Below, piece after piece: positions 8,948 through 19,680 of a stretch of 64,000 nucleotides of DNA (positions are counted from its first letter, which is position 1; each line of letters starts with the position of its first letter). A program made the translations under genes and the position numbers. This DNA comes from Alphaproteobacteria bacterium (GTDB lineage Bacteria > Pseudomonadota > Alphaproteobacteria > RF32 > CAG-239), in NCBI GenBank assembly GCA_016288295.1, contig JAEEYV010000046.1:688-64687 (forward strand), read 5' to 3'. Below the pieces are notes generated by a model. It did no database searches, had not been told where the DNA came from, and was given only the letters and a program-made list of their open reading frames with translations.

Positions 8948-10369
8948 TTAGCCGGCAATTAGGAAAGACTCCTTGCAAATTAAGTGATATTTAATTTTTT
9001 TAATTGTGTAAAAATATCCACAGGCTACCACAGCTGCCCCACCGATCCAAGCTAGAGGACTAGCTACGCACAAACCGACGAATCCGAATATTCGTGCCAG
9101 ATAAATAGCTGCAAAAACCCTCATTAAAAGCTCTACAATACTCGAAATCATCGGAATAACAGAGTTTCCCATGCCCTGGCAGGAATTGCGGAAAATAAAA
9201 ATCTGCCCCAAGAAAAAGTAAAAGATAACACTTATATTTAAATATGTTTGAGCCAAATTTATAATTTTATCTGTCAGCAATGGATTCTCATTCGGCAAGA
9301 ATATATTTATTACTTGTTTACCAAAGCAGAAGACTAATAAGGCCAATACAATGCTAAGCACTAAAGACACTGTTGAACACGCAAAAACGCCATGACGGAT
9401 TCTGGCGATTCGTCTGGCACCATAATTTTGAGCTACATAAGTAGACATGGCGACTCCGAAAGATACCATCGGCTGTGCCCCCATTTGTTCAACCCTCATT
9501 GCGGCAGTCATTGCGGCAATAGTTTCAAATCCGAATGAATTACATATTGATTGTGTTATTGCTGAGCCCAATGCAATAATTGAAAATTGGATTGCCATTG
9601 GAACGGCTATAATCAGATGTTTTTTACAAAAATCAATATCAATTTTCCAGTCTCCTTTTCTAGGACGCAGAATTGCAAACTTTTTACTCATATACAACAA
9701 GCACAAAATTACGGACAAAGTCATTGCTACCACTGTTCCACAGGCCGATCCTCTTACACCCAGGTGGCAATGATAAATAAAAAAGACGTTAAGTATTATG
9801 TTAGTTAGAGTCGTAAAAATTAAAAAGTACAATGGAGTCTTACTATCACCGAGAGCCCTCATAAGACCTGACAGAAGGTTAAAAGTTACAATCATAACCG
9901 CTCCAATACATATAATGGAAATAAACCCCTTAGTGTCAGAAAAGATTTCATCCGGGACATTCATGATTTTTAATAAATAATCAAGCAACAAATATATGGT
10001 AAAACTAAACAGCACTGTAAAGCTCATGCTTAATGTTACAGCTGTTGCAACAGACTTACGCATCTTTTTGTAATTCTTAGCTCCAAAGCTTTGCGCCGTA
10101 ATTACGGTCAAACCGTTGGTAAAACCTATGCTTACAACCACTAAAAAGAAAAACAGGGGTGCCGCAGCACCAACGGCAGCCAAGGCTTCCACGCCGATTA
10201 AGTTGCCAACTAATAAAATATCAGAAATACTGTAAAGTTGCTGAAAGCAATTACTAATCAGCAGTGGAATCGCGAATTTTATTATAAGTGCCAGCGGTTT
10301 GCCGGTTGTCATATTTTGCATTTTTACCTCAATCAGAGTAGGGTATAGAACATATTTTTGGATTGTCAA
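8948..10369 (-). CDS. MATE family efflux transporter
   Basis: 473 aa, ~12 TM, MATE/NorM-like N-terminal region; true start may be the internal Met (MQNMTTGKP...). Confidence 0.7.
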   Translation of the reverse strand: MTIQKYVLYPTLIEVKMQNMTTGKPLALIIKFAIPLLISNCFQQLYSISDILLVGNLIGVEALAAVGAAAPLFFFLVVVSIGFTNGLTVITAQSFGAKNYKKMRKSVATAVTLSMSFTVLFSFTIYLLLDYLLKIMNVPDEIFSDTKGFISIICIGAVMIVTFNLLSGLMRALGDSKTPLYFLIFTTLTNIILNVFFIYHCHLGVRGSACGTVVAMTLSVILCLLYMSKKFAILRPRKGDWKIDIDFCKKHLIIAVPMAIQFSIIALGSAITQSICNSFGFETIAAMTAAMRVEQMGAQPMVSFGVAMSTYVAQNYGARRIARIRHGVFACSTVSLVLSIVLALLVFCFGKQVINIFLPNENPLLTDKIINLAQTYLNISVIFYFFLGQIFIFRNSCQGMGNSVIPMISSIVELLMRVFAAIYLARIFGFVGLCVASPLAWIGGAAVVACGYFYTIKKIKYHLICKESFLIAG

Positions 10370-10443
10370 ATAAAATTAACTTGTAAATATTTTGAAATAT
10401 ATTATCATCCCATTTAACTAAGACAACAAAAAGGGTTAGAAAA

Positions 10444-11406
10444 ATGGCTATGATTAATGATGTCGATTTCTCCGACTTATACATTACTCCAGATAAACGT
10501 GCTTATATTTGGAGCGGCAAAACCGCGCACGGCTTACAGGAAACGATGTTTGATGACTATTTTAAATTTCTTCAGGCTGTTGAAGAAAATTATAAAAATA
10601 ATTCAAGTTATGCAGTTATTTATAACGATTATAATTATCGTATTGAGCGAACAATGTCGATGCATGGTCCGCAATTTTCCGTCCGTAAAATGCCTCGGTC
10701 TGTTCCAGAGATAAAAAATCTCGGTATGCCACTTCCGATAACCAAACACCTGCTTACATTGGGTAAAACATCAGGATTGATTTTGGTCGCAGGTGCTACC
10801 GGTTCCGGAAAATCAACAACTCTTGCAACTTTATTGAAAGAGTACCTGATCAGTGATGGCGGATTTGCCCTTACAATTGAAGATCCTATTGAATTACCGC
10901 TTGATGGTGTATATAAAAATCCTAAAACCGGCGAATTGGGTCTCTGCAAACAAACTGCCGTTGATAATGAATGTTGGCGCGAAAGCTTAAAATCAGCCCT
11001 GCGTAGCGCTCCTCGTTATATCATGCTTGGCGAGATTCGTTCTCCCGATGTTGCTGCAGAAGCTTTGCAGGCCGCAACTTCAGGGCACTTGGTGCTGTCT
11101 ACAATTCACGCTAACTCTGTTCCTGATGCGATCAGTTCATTGGTGAAATATGCCGCCGCTTCTAGCATTTCTGAAGATATGGGATACGAACTGGTAGCCT
11201 CAAGTATTTTAGCTTGTTTACACCAACGTTTGACAGGAGTTCCTAAAAAATTACAATTGAGCTATCTGTTTGCCAACCCAGTCGTAGAAGAAGCCTGCCA
11301 GGTACGTGGTGCAATCAAACTTGGCAAACTCAACTTTGCAACCATGATGGAACAACAGAGAATCAGATTAAATAATGGACAACCTTTATTTAGTGGAACT
11401 CGCTAA
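10444..11406 (+). CDS. PilT/VirB11-family secretion ATPase (orphan)
   Basis: Walker A GATGSGKSTTL, TIEDPIE box, Asp box GEIRS, His box TIHANS. Confidence 0.65.
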   Translation: MAMINDVDFSDLYITPDKRAYIWSGKTAHGLQETMFDDYFKFLQAVEENYKNNSSYAVIYNDYNYRIERTMSMHGPQFSVRKMPRSVPEIKNLGMPLPITKHLLTLGKTSGLILVAGATGSGKSTTLATLLKEYLISDGGFALTIEDPIELPLDGVYKNPKTGELGLCKQTAVDNECWRESLKSALRSAPRYIMLGEIRSPDVAAEALQAATSGHLVLSTIHANSVPDAISSLVKYAAASSISEDMGYELVASSILACLHQRLTGVPKKLQLSYLFANPVVEEACQVRGAIKLGKLNFATMMEQQRIRLNNGQPLFSGTR

Positions 11407-11864
11407 CCGTTATTACCTAAAAAACTGTCAATTCTGTATCGGACATATTCTTCAAACGAAGTTATGTCCGATATTTGATTCTGCAAATTTTCAATTTTTT
11501 GGTATCCGAATACAGCGCCGTCATTGATACGAACCATTACAACTTCAAGCGGTTGTTTCAAATCATACATTTCAATAAAATTATACTCTTCATCATTCTG
11601 ATAATTAATCAAAAACAAACTGTATTTGTTTGCATAATATTTTTGATAAATATCTTCCATTAAAGACATTGCCTGCGGGCAACCATAACAACCATTATTA
11701 TTAAAAAATACATAAATAATAGATTTATCATAATTTGCCGGTGATTCGGCAAAATATTCTTGTAAACTTTCAGATTGTCCAAATTCATCTTGATATGACA
11801 CAAATTGTGCCACGACCAAACTTGGTACGACACATACCACCAATGCAAATAAAAATTTCTTCAT
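11403..11864 (-). CDS. periplasmic thioredoxin-like protein (CxxC)
   Basis: Signal peptide; CYGC motif. Confidence 0.4.
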   Translation of the reverse strand: MKKFLFALVVCVVPSLVVAQFVSYQDEFGQSESLQEYFAESPANYDKSIIYVFFNNNGCYGCPQAMSLMEDIYQKYYANKYSLFLINYQNDEEYNFIEMYDLKQPLEVVMVRINDGAVFGYQKIENLQNQISDITSFEEYVRYRIDSFLGNNG

Positions 11865-11879
11865 ACATCCTCCGTTATT

Positions 11880-13595
11880 TTATAACGGGGAGCAGGCTTT
11901 TTGTAACCATTCACATTCCTGTTTGTTTAGATGCGGTGCAATAAACTTATATACCATGCGATGATATTCGTTCAGCCATTTTATCTCCCGTTCATTTAGA
12001 AGATATTTATCAATCAACCTAAAATCAATAGGCACTAGGGTTAATGGAACAAATTTCAGAAATCCGACTGCTGACGATTTGGCCACATATACCAAATTTT
12101 CTATTCTTATACCAAAAGTATTTTCTTGATAGTATCCTGGTTCAATTGACATCACCATATTTGATTTTATAGGGTAGTTGCTACCTGACATACTTATACT
12201 TTGAGGTCCTTCATGCACATTTAAAAAACATCCTACACCATGGCCGGTACCATGTTTATAATCCAATCCGTACTGCCACATTATACTACGACATATAGCG
12301 TCCAATCTTGGTCCGGATGTGTTCTCTGGAAATTGTTGCGAACTCAATGCAATATGCGCCTTTAGTACAAGCGTAAATTTTTCAATCATGTTTTTGTTAG
12401 GTTTTCCGACAGCAATTGTTCGTGTAATATCTGTTGTTCCATCCTGATATTGCCCTCCGCTGTCTAACAACAATACCGAATTATTTTTTATTTTTGAGCA
12501 TTGTTTTTCCGTTGGTTGGTAGTGAACAATGGCGGCATTTGCTCCACTTCCGGCAATGGTTCTGAAACTTACAGAATGAAAGAGTTCTTGTTGTTTGCGA
12601 AAACTCAAGACTTTGTTAACAATATCCATTTCATCTTTATTCTGATAATTTTTTTCAAACCATGCCAAAAATCTGCACATTGCCACACCGTCTTTTATAT
12701 GAGCGTTAATCATTCCTTTTAATTCCACGGAATTTTTTTCAGCTTTCATTGATGCACATAAGTCGACCTTATTAATTATCTTAATACCTTCCGTGCGGCA
12801 CGTTTCAACAATTGTGCTTGAAGTAGTTGTGAAATCGAGCATAATTTTTTTAATACCATGATCTTGAAATGCCGATTTTATTTTAGCCAAAGGTATTATT
12901 TCGATTTTAAAATCTTTTGGCAATACTAAATTATCTGCAAAAATTGTAACACTTCCTTTTTTTGTTACCAAAGCCATAGCACGTATAATGGGTGTTTCCG
13001 GTAAGGCATTTGATCTCAAATTTAATAGCCATGATACACTATCTGCCGCTCCTATAAATATTGCATCACAATCATCTTCTTTCATCTGTATTTTTAGAGC
13101 TTTTACCTTATCAACAACCTTTTTTCCGGCATATTTTAAGGGTTGCTCAAATACAGTTGCTCTTTTTGTAGTAATTATTTGCGGCTGCGATACAAATTCC
13201 GTTTTGGGCAACATTCTTTTCATTTTTTGCAACCTTGCTTCACTAATCTGCCAAGGATTATATGCAATTGATGCACATGACATATTTTCTTTTAGCCAGG
13301 TGTTTATGTTGTATTCAGAACTTTCTATAATTACGGTTACATTTTTACTATTAGTTTGTTTTTTGGCTTGAATTTCATATCTGCCGTCCACAAATAAAAA
13401 GGCTTTTTTCTTGGTTATGACCAAAGTTCCGGCAGAACCGCTAAATCCGGTAAGTTTCAAAATCTGATTTTCCTCTTTTAAAATATCCTGCCCCAAAAAT
13501 TGGTTATTGCGAAAGATAATTACAGCATCGGTTGACATTTGTTTTTGAACATCATCTATTGTCATATTATTTTCTCCATTAATGTTGCCCGCCAA
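11880..13595 (-). CDS. pepP: Xaa-Pro aminopeptidase (M24B)
   Basis: HGTGHGVG motif, M24 length; alternative start at 13565 gives ATGA overlap with prmA stop. Confidence 0.8.
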   Translation of the reverse strand: MAGNINGENNMTIDDVQKQMSTDAVIIFRNNQFLGQDILKEENQILKLTGFSGSAGTLVITKKKAFLFVDGRYEIQAKKQTNSKNVTVIIESSEYNINTWLKENMSCASIAYNPWQISEARLQKMKRMLPKTEFVSQPQIITTKRATVFEQPLKYAGKKVVDKVKALKIQMKEDDCDAIFIGAADSVSWLLNLRSNALPETPIIRAMALVTKKGSVTIFADNLVLPKDFKIEIIPLAKIKSAFQDHGIKKIMLDFTTTSSTIVETCRTEGIKIINKVDLCASMKAEKNSVELKGMINAHIKDGVAMCRFLAWFEKNYQNKDEMDIVNKVLSFRKQQELFHSVSFRTIAGSGANAAIVHYQPTEKQCSKIKNNSVLLLDSGGQYQDGTTDITRTIAVGKPNKNMIEKFTLVLKAHIALSSQQFPENTSGPRLDAICRSIMWQYGLDYKHGTGHGVGCFLNVHEGPQSISMSGSNYPIKSNMVMSIEPGYYQENTFGIRIENLVYVAKSSAVGFLKFVPLTLVPIDFRLIDKYLLNEREIKWLNEYHRMVYKFIAPHLNKQECEWLQKACSPL

Positions 13596-14437
13596 TTTTC
13601 GTCATTAACAATTTGAATAGTTTTCATTCCGTATTTTTCGTACTCTTGTTTAATCCATAAAATTTGATCATCAATAAAACCTGATAAAATTGCATATCCG
13701 CCTTTTTGCAGATTATTCGCCAAATTTTCAGCCATCTCGATTAAAGGTCTTGCTAAAATGTTGGCAAAGATTAGTTGATATGGTGACTTTTTAGTGATTT
13801 GCGGACTATTAAATCCATCGCTTTGTATTGCGTGAACTTGCTTGTCTAAATTGTTATCAGTAGCATTTTTAAGGGTAACAGCCACAGCTTCACCGTCAAT
13901 ATCAACGCCGAGAGCTTTTGCCTTATTCCATAGTTTACAAGCACTCAACGCCAATATTCCCGAACCACACCCCATATCTAGAATATTTGTAGCATAAAAT
14001 TTCTGCTTGTTCAGGTAACTGAGCAATTTAAGACAAAGTTTGGTTGTCTGATGTTGACCTGATCCGAAAGCCGTTGCAGCATAAATCTTTATCGCCAATT
14101 TTTGTGTTTCAGGTATTTTATTTTCATGTGTACCGTATATGAAAAAATCATTAGTTTCTAATGGTGGAAATTTTATGACATTTTTAGTTAGCCAATTTTG
14201 CGCCGGAATAAAACGAGATTCATATCTTGGTAGCTTTATTTTCCAAGCATCAGCAGTTTCTTGCATTTTTTTTTCATCAGGTTTGTGTGATAAACAACCA
14301 ATATATTGCAATCCTTTGCTGGTATAATCGACTGTTATTACTTCAAACAGGCATTGAAGCAATTCATCCAACGCTTGATTCTCCTGCAATAAAGGCTCAA
14401 AAACTATTTGCCAACTGCCACCAATTGATTCACTCAT
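13562..14437 (-). CDS. prmA: ribosomal protein L11 methyltransferase
   Basis: SAM motif ILDMGCGSGILA; PrmA length. Confidence 0.8.
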   Translation of the reverse strand: MSESIGGSWQIVFEPLLQENQALDELLQCLFEVITVDYTSKGLQYIGCLSHKPDEKKMQETADAWKIKLPRYESRFIPAQNWLTKNVIKFPPLETNDFFIYGTHENKIPETQKLAIKIYAATAFGSGQHQTTKLCLKLLSYLNKQKFYATNILDMGCGSGILALSACKLWNKAKALGVDIDGEAVAVTLKNATDNNLDKQVHAIQSDGFNSPQITKKSPYQLIFANILARPLIEMAENLANNLQKGGYAILSGFIDDQILWIKQEYEKYGMKTIQIVNDENWRATLMEKII

Positions 14438-14533
14438 AAAATTATCCTATAAGTTACAATCTGTTATTTACTAAATAAAGTTTATAGTATATAAAAGTTA
14501 AAAATTATAAAAACTTTTTGAAGAGATTATAGT

Positions 14534-15304
14534 ATGAGAGCTTTAAAACTGTTAGGTCTTGTTTTAGGTCTTAGTGGGTGTATTTATGCCGGAGAATTCA
14601 ATTTTCTTCCGGATAGAGTCAATTGGATTACTGAACTGACAACCTATCCGATTCAGTATATGAATACCACCGGCGAAAGACTTTTGGGTAGTGAAACTAT
14701 GCACGAGTCTAACTTTAAGGTTAACAAATTGCTCACGGCATATAAGGGTAACACGGTTGTTGATACCAAAATGTACAACAAAAACTACTATGTACAGGAA
14801 ACGCTTATTGCTCCCAGCAATGCAATGTTGAGTTCAGCAGTTAGCCCGTCTTTCATTGAGGGAGGCAGAAAATACGAACTGTTTGGAAAAACTCGTATTA
14901 AAGGCAAAGTATACTATCTTATTTCTTCAGACAGTCCGACCACAGTCTTTTTGGTTGACCAAAACTACACTTTGCAAAAATATGTTGGTTCCATCCGAGA
15001 GAACAAATTGGTCCTGCTGAGTGATACATTTACCATCACTCCGGAAGAATTTCAATTTGAACCGGTTACCAAGAGCCGCGTAATGCAGAGCGATATGGTT
15101 GGTGGCTTTGAGGTTAAATTTAATGGCGTAAAAAACAATATTATGACCTTTACTCTCATGGAATACGATTCTGGCGGTGCTACGGGCGAGTTTAAAAAAT
15201 ATAATTTTGAAAATGTGCCGGGAGTTATTAATATTGCCGGTGTTGATATAAAAGTATTCAGCGCAGATGACTCGCGAGTAGAGTATATGATTCTCGCCGA
15301 ATAA
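14534..15304 (+). CDS. hypothetical lipoprotein (256 aa)
   Basis: Signal peptide with lipobox LSGC. Confidence 0.5.
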   Translation: MRALKLLGLVLGLSGCIYAGEFNFLPDRVNWITELTTYPIQYMNTTGERLLGSETMHESNFKVNKLLTAYKGNTVVDTKMYNKNYYVQETLIAPSNAMLSSAVSPSFIEGGRKYELFGKTRIKGKVYYLISSDSPTTVFLVDQNYTLQKYVGSIRENKLVLLSDTFTITPEEFQFEPVTKSRVMQSDMVGGFEVKFNGVKNNIMTFTLMEYDSGGATGEFKKYNFENVPGVINIAGVDIKVFSADDSRVEYMILAE

Positions 15305-15346
15305 CTACAACAATAAAAAACAAAAAATATTGTAGGAGATTTTACA

Positions 15347-16102
15347 ATGTCTGGACATTCCCAGTTTAAGAATATTATGTACCGTAAAGGTGCCCAAGAT
15401 GCCAAAAAAGCCAAGGTTTTTGCCAAATTGGCTCGTGATATTACTCTTGCCGCCAAAACAGGTCTTCCCGATCCTGATAAAAACCCGCGCTTACGTCTAG
15501 CTATCCAGGCAGCTCGCGCTGAAAGTATGCCTAAAGATAATATTGAACGTGCTATTGCCAAAGCCACCCAAGTTGCCGGTGGAGATGACTATGTTTCAAT
15601 GCGTTATGAAGGATTCGGTCCCGGAAAAGTTGCTGTAATTGTTGAAGCTCTTACCGATAACAAAAATCGTACTGTCGGTAATATTCGTACTATATTTGGC
15701 AAGCGTGGTGGCGCTCTTGGTGAAAGTGGTTCAGTAGTTTTCAATTTTGAACATATCGGCTACATCAAATATCCTCTTGAAGCTGCAGATGCTGACAAGA
15801 TGTTTGAATGTGCTTTAGAAGCAGGTGCCAATGACGTAGCTACTGATGATGAATGCCACGAAATTGAAACCTTGCCTGATGATTTGAACACTGTTACCGA
15901 AAACTTGGAGAAACAGTTTGGTACGCCTTCAGCTTCACGCCTTGATTGGAAACCAACCGTCAAAGTCGATATTAATGATGTTGAGCAGGCTCGCAAATTT
16001 TTAGAGTTTATTGATGCATTAGAAGATGATGACGACGTTCAACACGTCTACCACAACGCAGAGTTTTCTGATGAAGTTCTCAAGGCTCTGGAAAGTGAAT
16101 AA
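15347..16102 (+). CDS. yebC: YebC/PmpR family transcriptional regulator
   Basis: N-terminus MSGHSQFKNIMYRKGAQDAKKAK.FAKL typical of YebC; acidic C-terminus. Confidence 0.9.
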   Translation: MSGHSQFKNIMYRKGAQDAKKAKVFAKLARDITLAAKTGLPDPDKNPRLRLAIQAARAESMPKDNIERAIAKATQVAGGDDYVSMRYEGFGPGKVAVIVEALTDNKNRTVGNIRTIFGKRGGALGESGSVVFNFEHIGYIKYPLEAADADKMFECALEAGANDVATDDECHEIETLPDDLNTVTENLEKQFGTPSASRLDWKPTVKVDINDVEQARKFLEFIDALEDDDDVQHVYHNAEFSDEVLKALESE

Positions 16103-16142
16103 AAATTTTATTATCAATAAAAGCTCCCTTTTGGGAGCTTTT

Positions 16143-17288
16143 TTATTGTTCCAGAAAATCAATTTTCTTATTTTTAGGATTGTAGCTGATAGATAGTTTT
16201 CCTTGCCTTAATTTTAGAGCTTTTTTTCCAAATATTTCATTTCGCCATCCTTCAAGTACCGGATTATCTCTATCTTGAAAAGCACCGAGTCGGTGTAAAT
16301 CTAAATCCGAAGCAATTAATCTTGGTACAACGTCTTGTTGCTGGCTCACAATTTTAAGTAGCAACTTAAATAGCTCTACTAATGACGGAATAAAATTTAT
16401 ATCTTCAATAGCCTGCTTTTTTGCAATTTTATTATCAACTTTTACTTTTTGCAAAACTTCTATAATTTCATCACCGAGCTTGCCGGAAGCCACGTCTTTG
16501 CGCATACCTCTGATTTTTTCCAACTCTTCCTTGCTTTTAGGAGCTGCTGTGGCAATCATGGTTAAAATGTCATCTTTAATAATACTTTGCCGCGGAGTAT
16601 TTTTTTCTTGCGCCCGATGTTCTCTCCATGCAGCCAAATCCCTCAAGTTTGAGAGCACTCTGCTGTTATGGGAACGGAATTTAATCTTTTGCCAAATTTC
16701 TTGTGTGTTAACAACATATGTCTGGGGCAATGTTGCCGATTCCAATTCTTCTTTAATCCAGTCTGAGCGCCCGTCTTTTTCAAGTTTTTGCTTAAAAAAT
16801 ATATATAAATTAACCAAATGCGTAACATCGCCACAGGCATATTCTAATTGATGTTCGTTTAAGGGACGTAATTGCCAGTTTGACAAACAATCTGTTTTAT
16901 CAAGTTCAATGTTCAGCACGGCTTTGACCAAACGTTCATATCCGACACTTTCACCAAAACCGCAGACCATCGCTGCAATTTGAGTATCAAACAACGGAGT
17001 CGGAACTTTACCGGACATATTATACAATATTTCCACATCTTGCCGACAGGAATGGAAAACCTTAACCACTTTGGGATTTTGCATTAGTTCAAAAAAACTA
17101 CTAAAGTTCATATCCGGCGCCAATGGATCAATAATCGCAGCTTCATCAGTCGATGCAATTTGAATTAGACACAAAATCGGATAATACGTTTTCTCGCGAA
17201 TAAATTCCAGGTCTACGGCCACAAAATCTTTTTTAGACAAGCGTAAACACAGCTCATTCAGCTCTTTAGTTTGACAGATAAGTTGCAT
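16143..17288 (-). CDS. rnd: ribonuclease D
   Basis: DEDDy 3'-5' exonuclease motifs (VDLEF, YACGDV) plus HRDC-length C-terminus. Confidence 0.8.
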   Translation of the reverse strand: MQLICQTKELNELCLRLSKKDFVAVDLEFIREKTYYPILCLIQIASTDEAAIIDPLAPDMNFSSFFELMQNPKVVKVFHSCRQDVEILYNMSGKVPTPLFDTQIAAMVCGFGESVGYERLVKAVLNIELDKTDCLSNWQLRPLNEHQLEYACGDVTHLVNLYIFFKQKLEKDGRSDWIKEELESATLPQTYVVNTQEIWQKIKFRSHNSRVLSNLRDLAAWREHRAQEKNTPRQSIIKDDILTMIATAAPKSKEELEKIRGMRKDVASGKLGDEIIEVLQKVKVDNKIAKKQAIEDINFIPSLVELFKLLLKIVSQQQDVVPRLIASDLDLHRLGAFQDRDNPVLEGWRNEIFGKKALKLRQGKLSISYNPKNKKIDFLEQ

Positions 17289-17422
17289 AATTTTCTTCCT
17301 TAATTTTCTTATAAATTAACAAAACATACTTAAGATTGTTTTAAATTTTGTTTTTAATGTTGATTTTCACACATTTTAGCATAATAATAACGCCCAGTTA
17401 ATAATTAGAATAAGGTGTTAAA

Positions 17423-19192
17423 ATGAACGAATATCGTAATTTTACTTGCGGACAGCTTAGAGCGTCCGATGCCGGAAAGCGGGTTAAACTTGCCGGCTGG
17501 ATTCATCGCAAACGTAATTTAGGCAACTTGTGCTTTGTCGATTTGCGAGATCATTACGGTATTACTCAGTGTGTCTTTGATAGTGCATCTCCTCTGTTTG
17601 CTCAGATACAGGATTTGCGTGTTGAATCAGTAATTGGCATTGAAGGTGAAGTAGTTATCAGAGAAAGCATAAATAAAAATCTCCCTACTGGAGAGATTGA
17701 GATTAAAGTTGATGTCTTAAACGTATATTCTAAAGCGGATGTATTGCCGTTCCAGATTGCTATTGAAGACGATGCTCCTGAAGAGATACGTCTTAAATAT
17801 CGCTTTTTGGATTTGCGTAAAGATCGTATCCACAAAAACATGCTTTTGCGCTCAGCAGTTATTGCCGAAATGCGTAAACTCATGGTCGAACAGGGTTTTA
17901 CAGAATATCAGACTCCGATTCTTACAGCATCATCTCCGGAAGGCGCCCGTGATTTTTTGGTACCTTCACGCCTAAATCCCGGCAAATTTTATGCCCTTCC
18001 GCAAGCTCCGCAACAATTTAAACAGTTGCTTATGGTTTCGGGCTTTGATCGCTATTTCCAAATAGCACCTTGTTTTCGTGATGAGGATCCTCGTGCCGAT
18101 CGTTCTCCCGGTGAGTTCTATCAACTTGATATGGAAATGAGTTTTGCTACTCAGGAGGATGTGTTTGCAGCAATTGAATATGCTATGGGCGGAGTATTTA
18201 ATAAATTTTCTAATGGCAAACAAGTTGACCAAGCTCCATATATACGTATCCCATTCCGTGAGGCTATGTTTAAATACGGCTCTGACAAGCCTGATTTACG
18301 CAATCCTCTCATTTTGCAGGATGCCACATCTTTCTTTGGTGAAAGTGGTTTCGGTGTATATGACGGTTTGGTAAAAGAAGGTAAAACCGTAAAAGCCATG
18401 GTCGTTAACGGTATAGCCGACAAACCACGCTCTTTCTTTGATAAGCTTGATGCCTATGCTAAAGAGGAGGGCATGGGTGGCATTGCTTATGTGGCATTTG
18501 CTTCATCTGGTGCCAAAGGAATTTCACGCTTTTTGACTGAAGATAAGATGAATGAACTCAAACAAGCATTTGTCTTAAGTGATGGCGACGTTGTAATCTT
18601 TATGGTCGGTTCTGGCATGAAATTTGATAAATTCAGCGGTCGTTTGCGCAACAAAGTTGGTGAAGAACTTGATTTATTGGATAAGAATTCGTTCAAACTT
18701 TGCTGGATTGTTGATTTTCCTTTTTATGAGGAAAATGAAGAAACCGGCGCAGTTGAATTTTCGCATAATCCATTTTCTATGCCTCAAGGAGGAATGTCTG
18801 CACTACTCAATAAAAATCCGCTAGATATTTTGGCCTATCAATACGACCTTGTTTGTAACGGTGTGGAATTAGCGTCAGGAGCTGTACGAAATCATGAACC
18901 TGAAATTATGTACAAGGCTTTTGAGATTGCCGGTTACGATAATTCGGTAGTTGATAACAAATTCGGCGGCATGATTAGCGCATTCAAATATGGCGCACCA
19001 CCGCACGCCGGCTGTGCTCCAGGGATTGATAGAACTATTATGCTCTTGCTTGATGAACCGATCATTCGTGATGTAATTCTGTTCCCATTGAACGGCAAAG
19101 CGCAAGATTTGATGATGCAGGCTCCTAACTATGTTACCGAGCAACAGAAGAAGGAACTGCATATCGAAGTAGTTGAAGACGAAAAGAAATAA
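17423..19192 (+). CDS. aspS: aspartate--tRNA ligase
   Basis: 589 aa; class II motifs; N-terminus ..[10 protein letters not shown]. Confidence 0.95.
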   Translation: MNEYRNFTCGQLRASDAGKRVKLAGWIHRKRNLGNLCFVDLRDHYGITQCVFDSASPLFAQIQDLRVESVIGIEGEVVIRESINKNLPTGEIEIKVDVLNVYSKADVLPFQIAIEDDAPEEIRLKYRFLDLRKDRIHKNMLLRSAVIAEMRKLMVEQGFTEYQTPILTASSPEGARDFLVPSRLNPGKFYALPQAPQQFKQLLMVSGFDRYFQIAPCFRDEDPRADRSPGEFYQLDMEMSFATQEDVFAAIEYAMGGVFNKFSNGKQVDQAPYIRIPFREAMFKYGSDKPDLRNPLILQDATSFFGESGFGVYDGLVKEGKTVKAMVVNGIADKPRSFFDKLDAYAKEEGMGGIAYVAFASSGAKGISRFLTEDKMNELKQAFVLSDGDVVIFMVGSGMKFDKFSGRLRNKVGEELDLLDKNSFKLCWIVDFPFYEENEETGAVEFSHNPFSMPQGGMSALLNKNPLDILAYQYDLVCNGVELASGAVRNHEPEIMYKAFEIAGYDNSVVDNKFGGMISAFKYGAPPHAGCAPGIDRTIMLLLDEPIIRDVILFPLNGKAQDLMMQAPNYVTEQQKKELHIEVVEDEKK

Positions 19193-19247
19193 AAATATTA
19201 TTGACATCAAGACTGTTTTGGCATACAAAGCTTGCAGTTTTGATAAT

Positions 19248-19321
19248 TGCTTCATCGTCTAATGGTAGGACAGCGGACTCTGACTCCGTTAATCTTGGTT
19301 CGAATCCAGGTGAAGCAGCCA
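19248..19321 (+). tRNA. tRNA-Gln (anticodon CTG)
   Basis: U1:A72 acceptor TGCTTCA/TGAAGCA, anticodon stem GCGGA/TCCGT loop CTCTGAC, T-arm CTTGG-TTCGAAT-CCAGG, CCA encoded. Confidence 0.8.
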
Positions 19322-19323
19322 AT

Positions 19324-19352
19324 AAAAAATCCCCCACATGGGGGATTTTTTA
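19324..19352 (+). terminator. rho-independent terminator after tRNA-Gln
   Basis: Hairpin atcccccacatgggggat + T-run; a degenerate second copy at ~19508-19540. Confidence 0.7.
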
Positions 19353-19353
19353 T

Positions 19354-19560
19354 TGGCTATTTACCTAAGCTGAAGAACCAAGTGGTTCGAAGCTCGGCTT
19401 GCGAATTTTGCAAGCCGAGATGACGAGGTGGCGCAAGCCATCCGAGGTCTCGAGCCTTAGCGAGAGATGCGCAGTGCGAAAGCGCGCGCACCATCTAAGG
19501 TGAAGCTCTTTATTTATAATCCCCCATAGTGGTGTTTTTTTGTTGGCTGTTTATCTGAGC
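19354..19560. repeat. GC-rich structured degenerate element (tRNA-proximal repeat family)
   Basis: Perfect 8-bp stem cggcttgc/gcaagccg, T-arm-like ggttcgaagc, motif gcgcagtgcgaaagcgcgcgc shared with elements after the other two tRNAs. Confidence 0.5.
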
Positions 19561-19680
19561 TGCAGAGCCAAAGGATAAATTTACCCCCAATTTATTTTTT
19601 TGTCTAATTATGCTTGAATTATTAAAAAAAATATGATATCCTTAACTAAATTAAGGTGATATTAGCGGAGGAGTATTGAG

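Noticed and set aside
15052-15567. 171-aa minus-strand ORF overlapping the yebC start and upstream region
   Set aside because: It is antisense to the well-supported yebC and the end of the lipoprotein gene. Its composition is typical of a shadow ORF.
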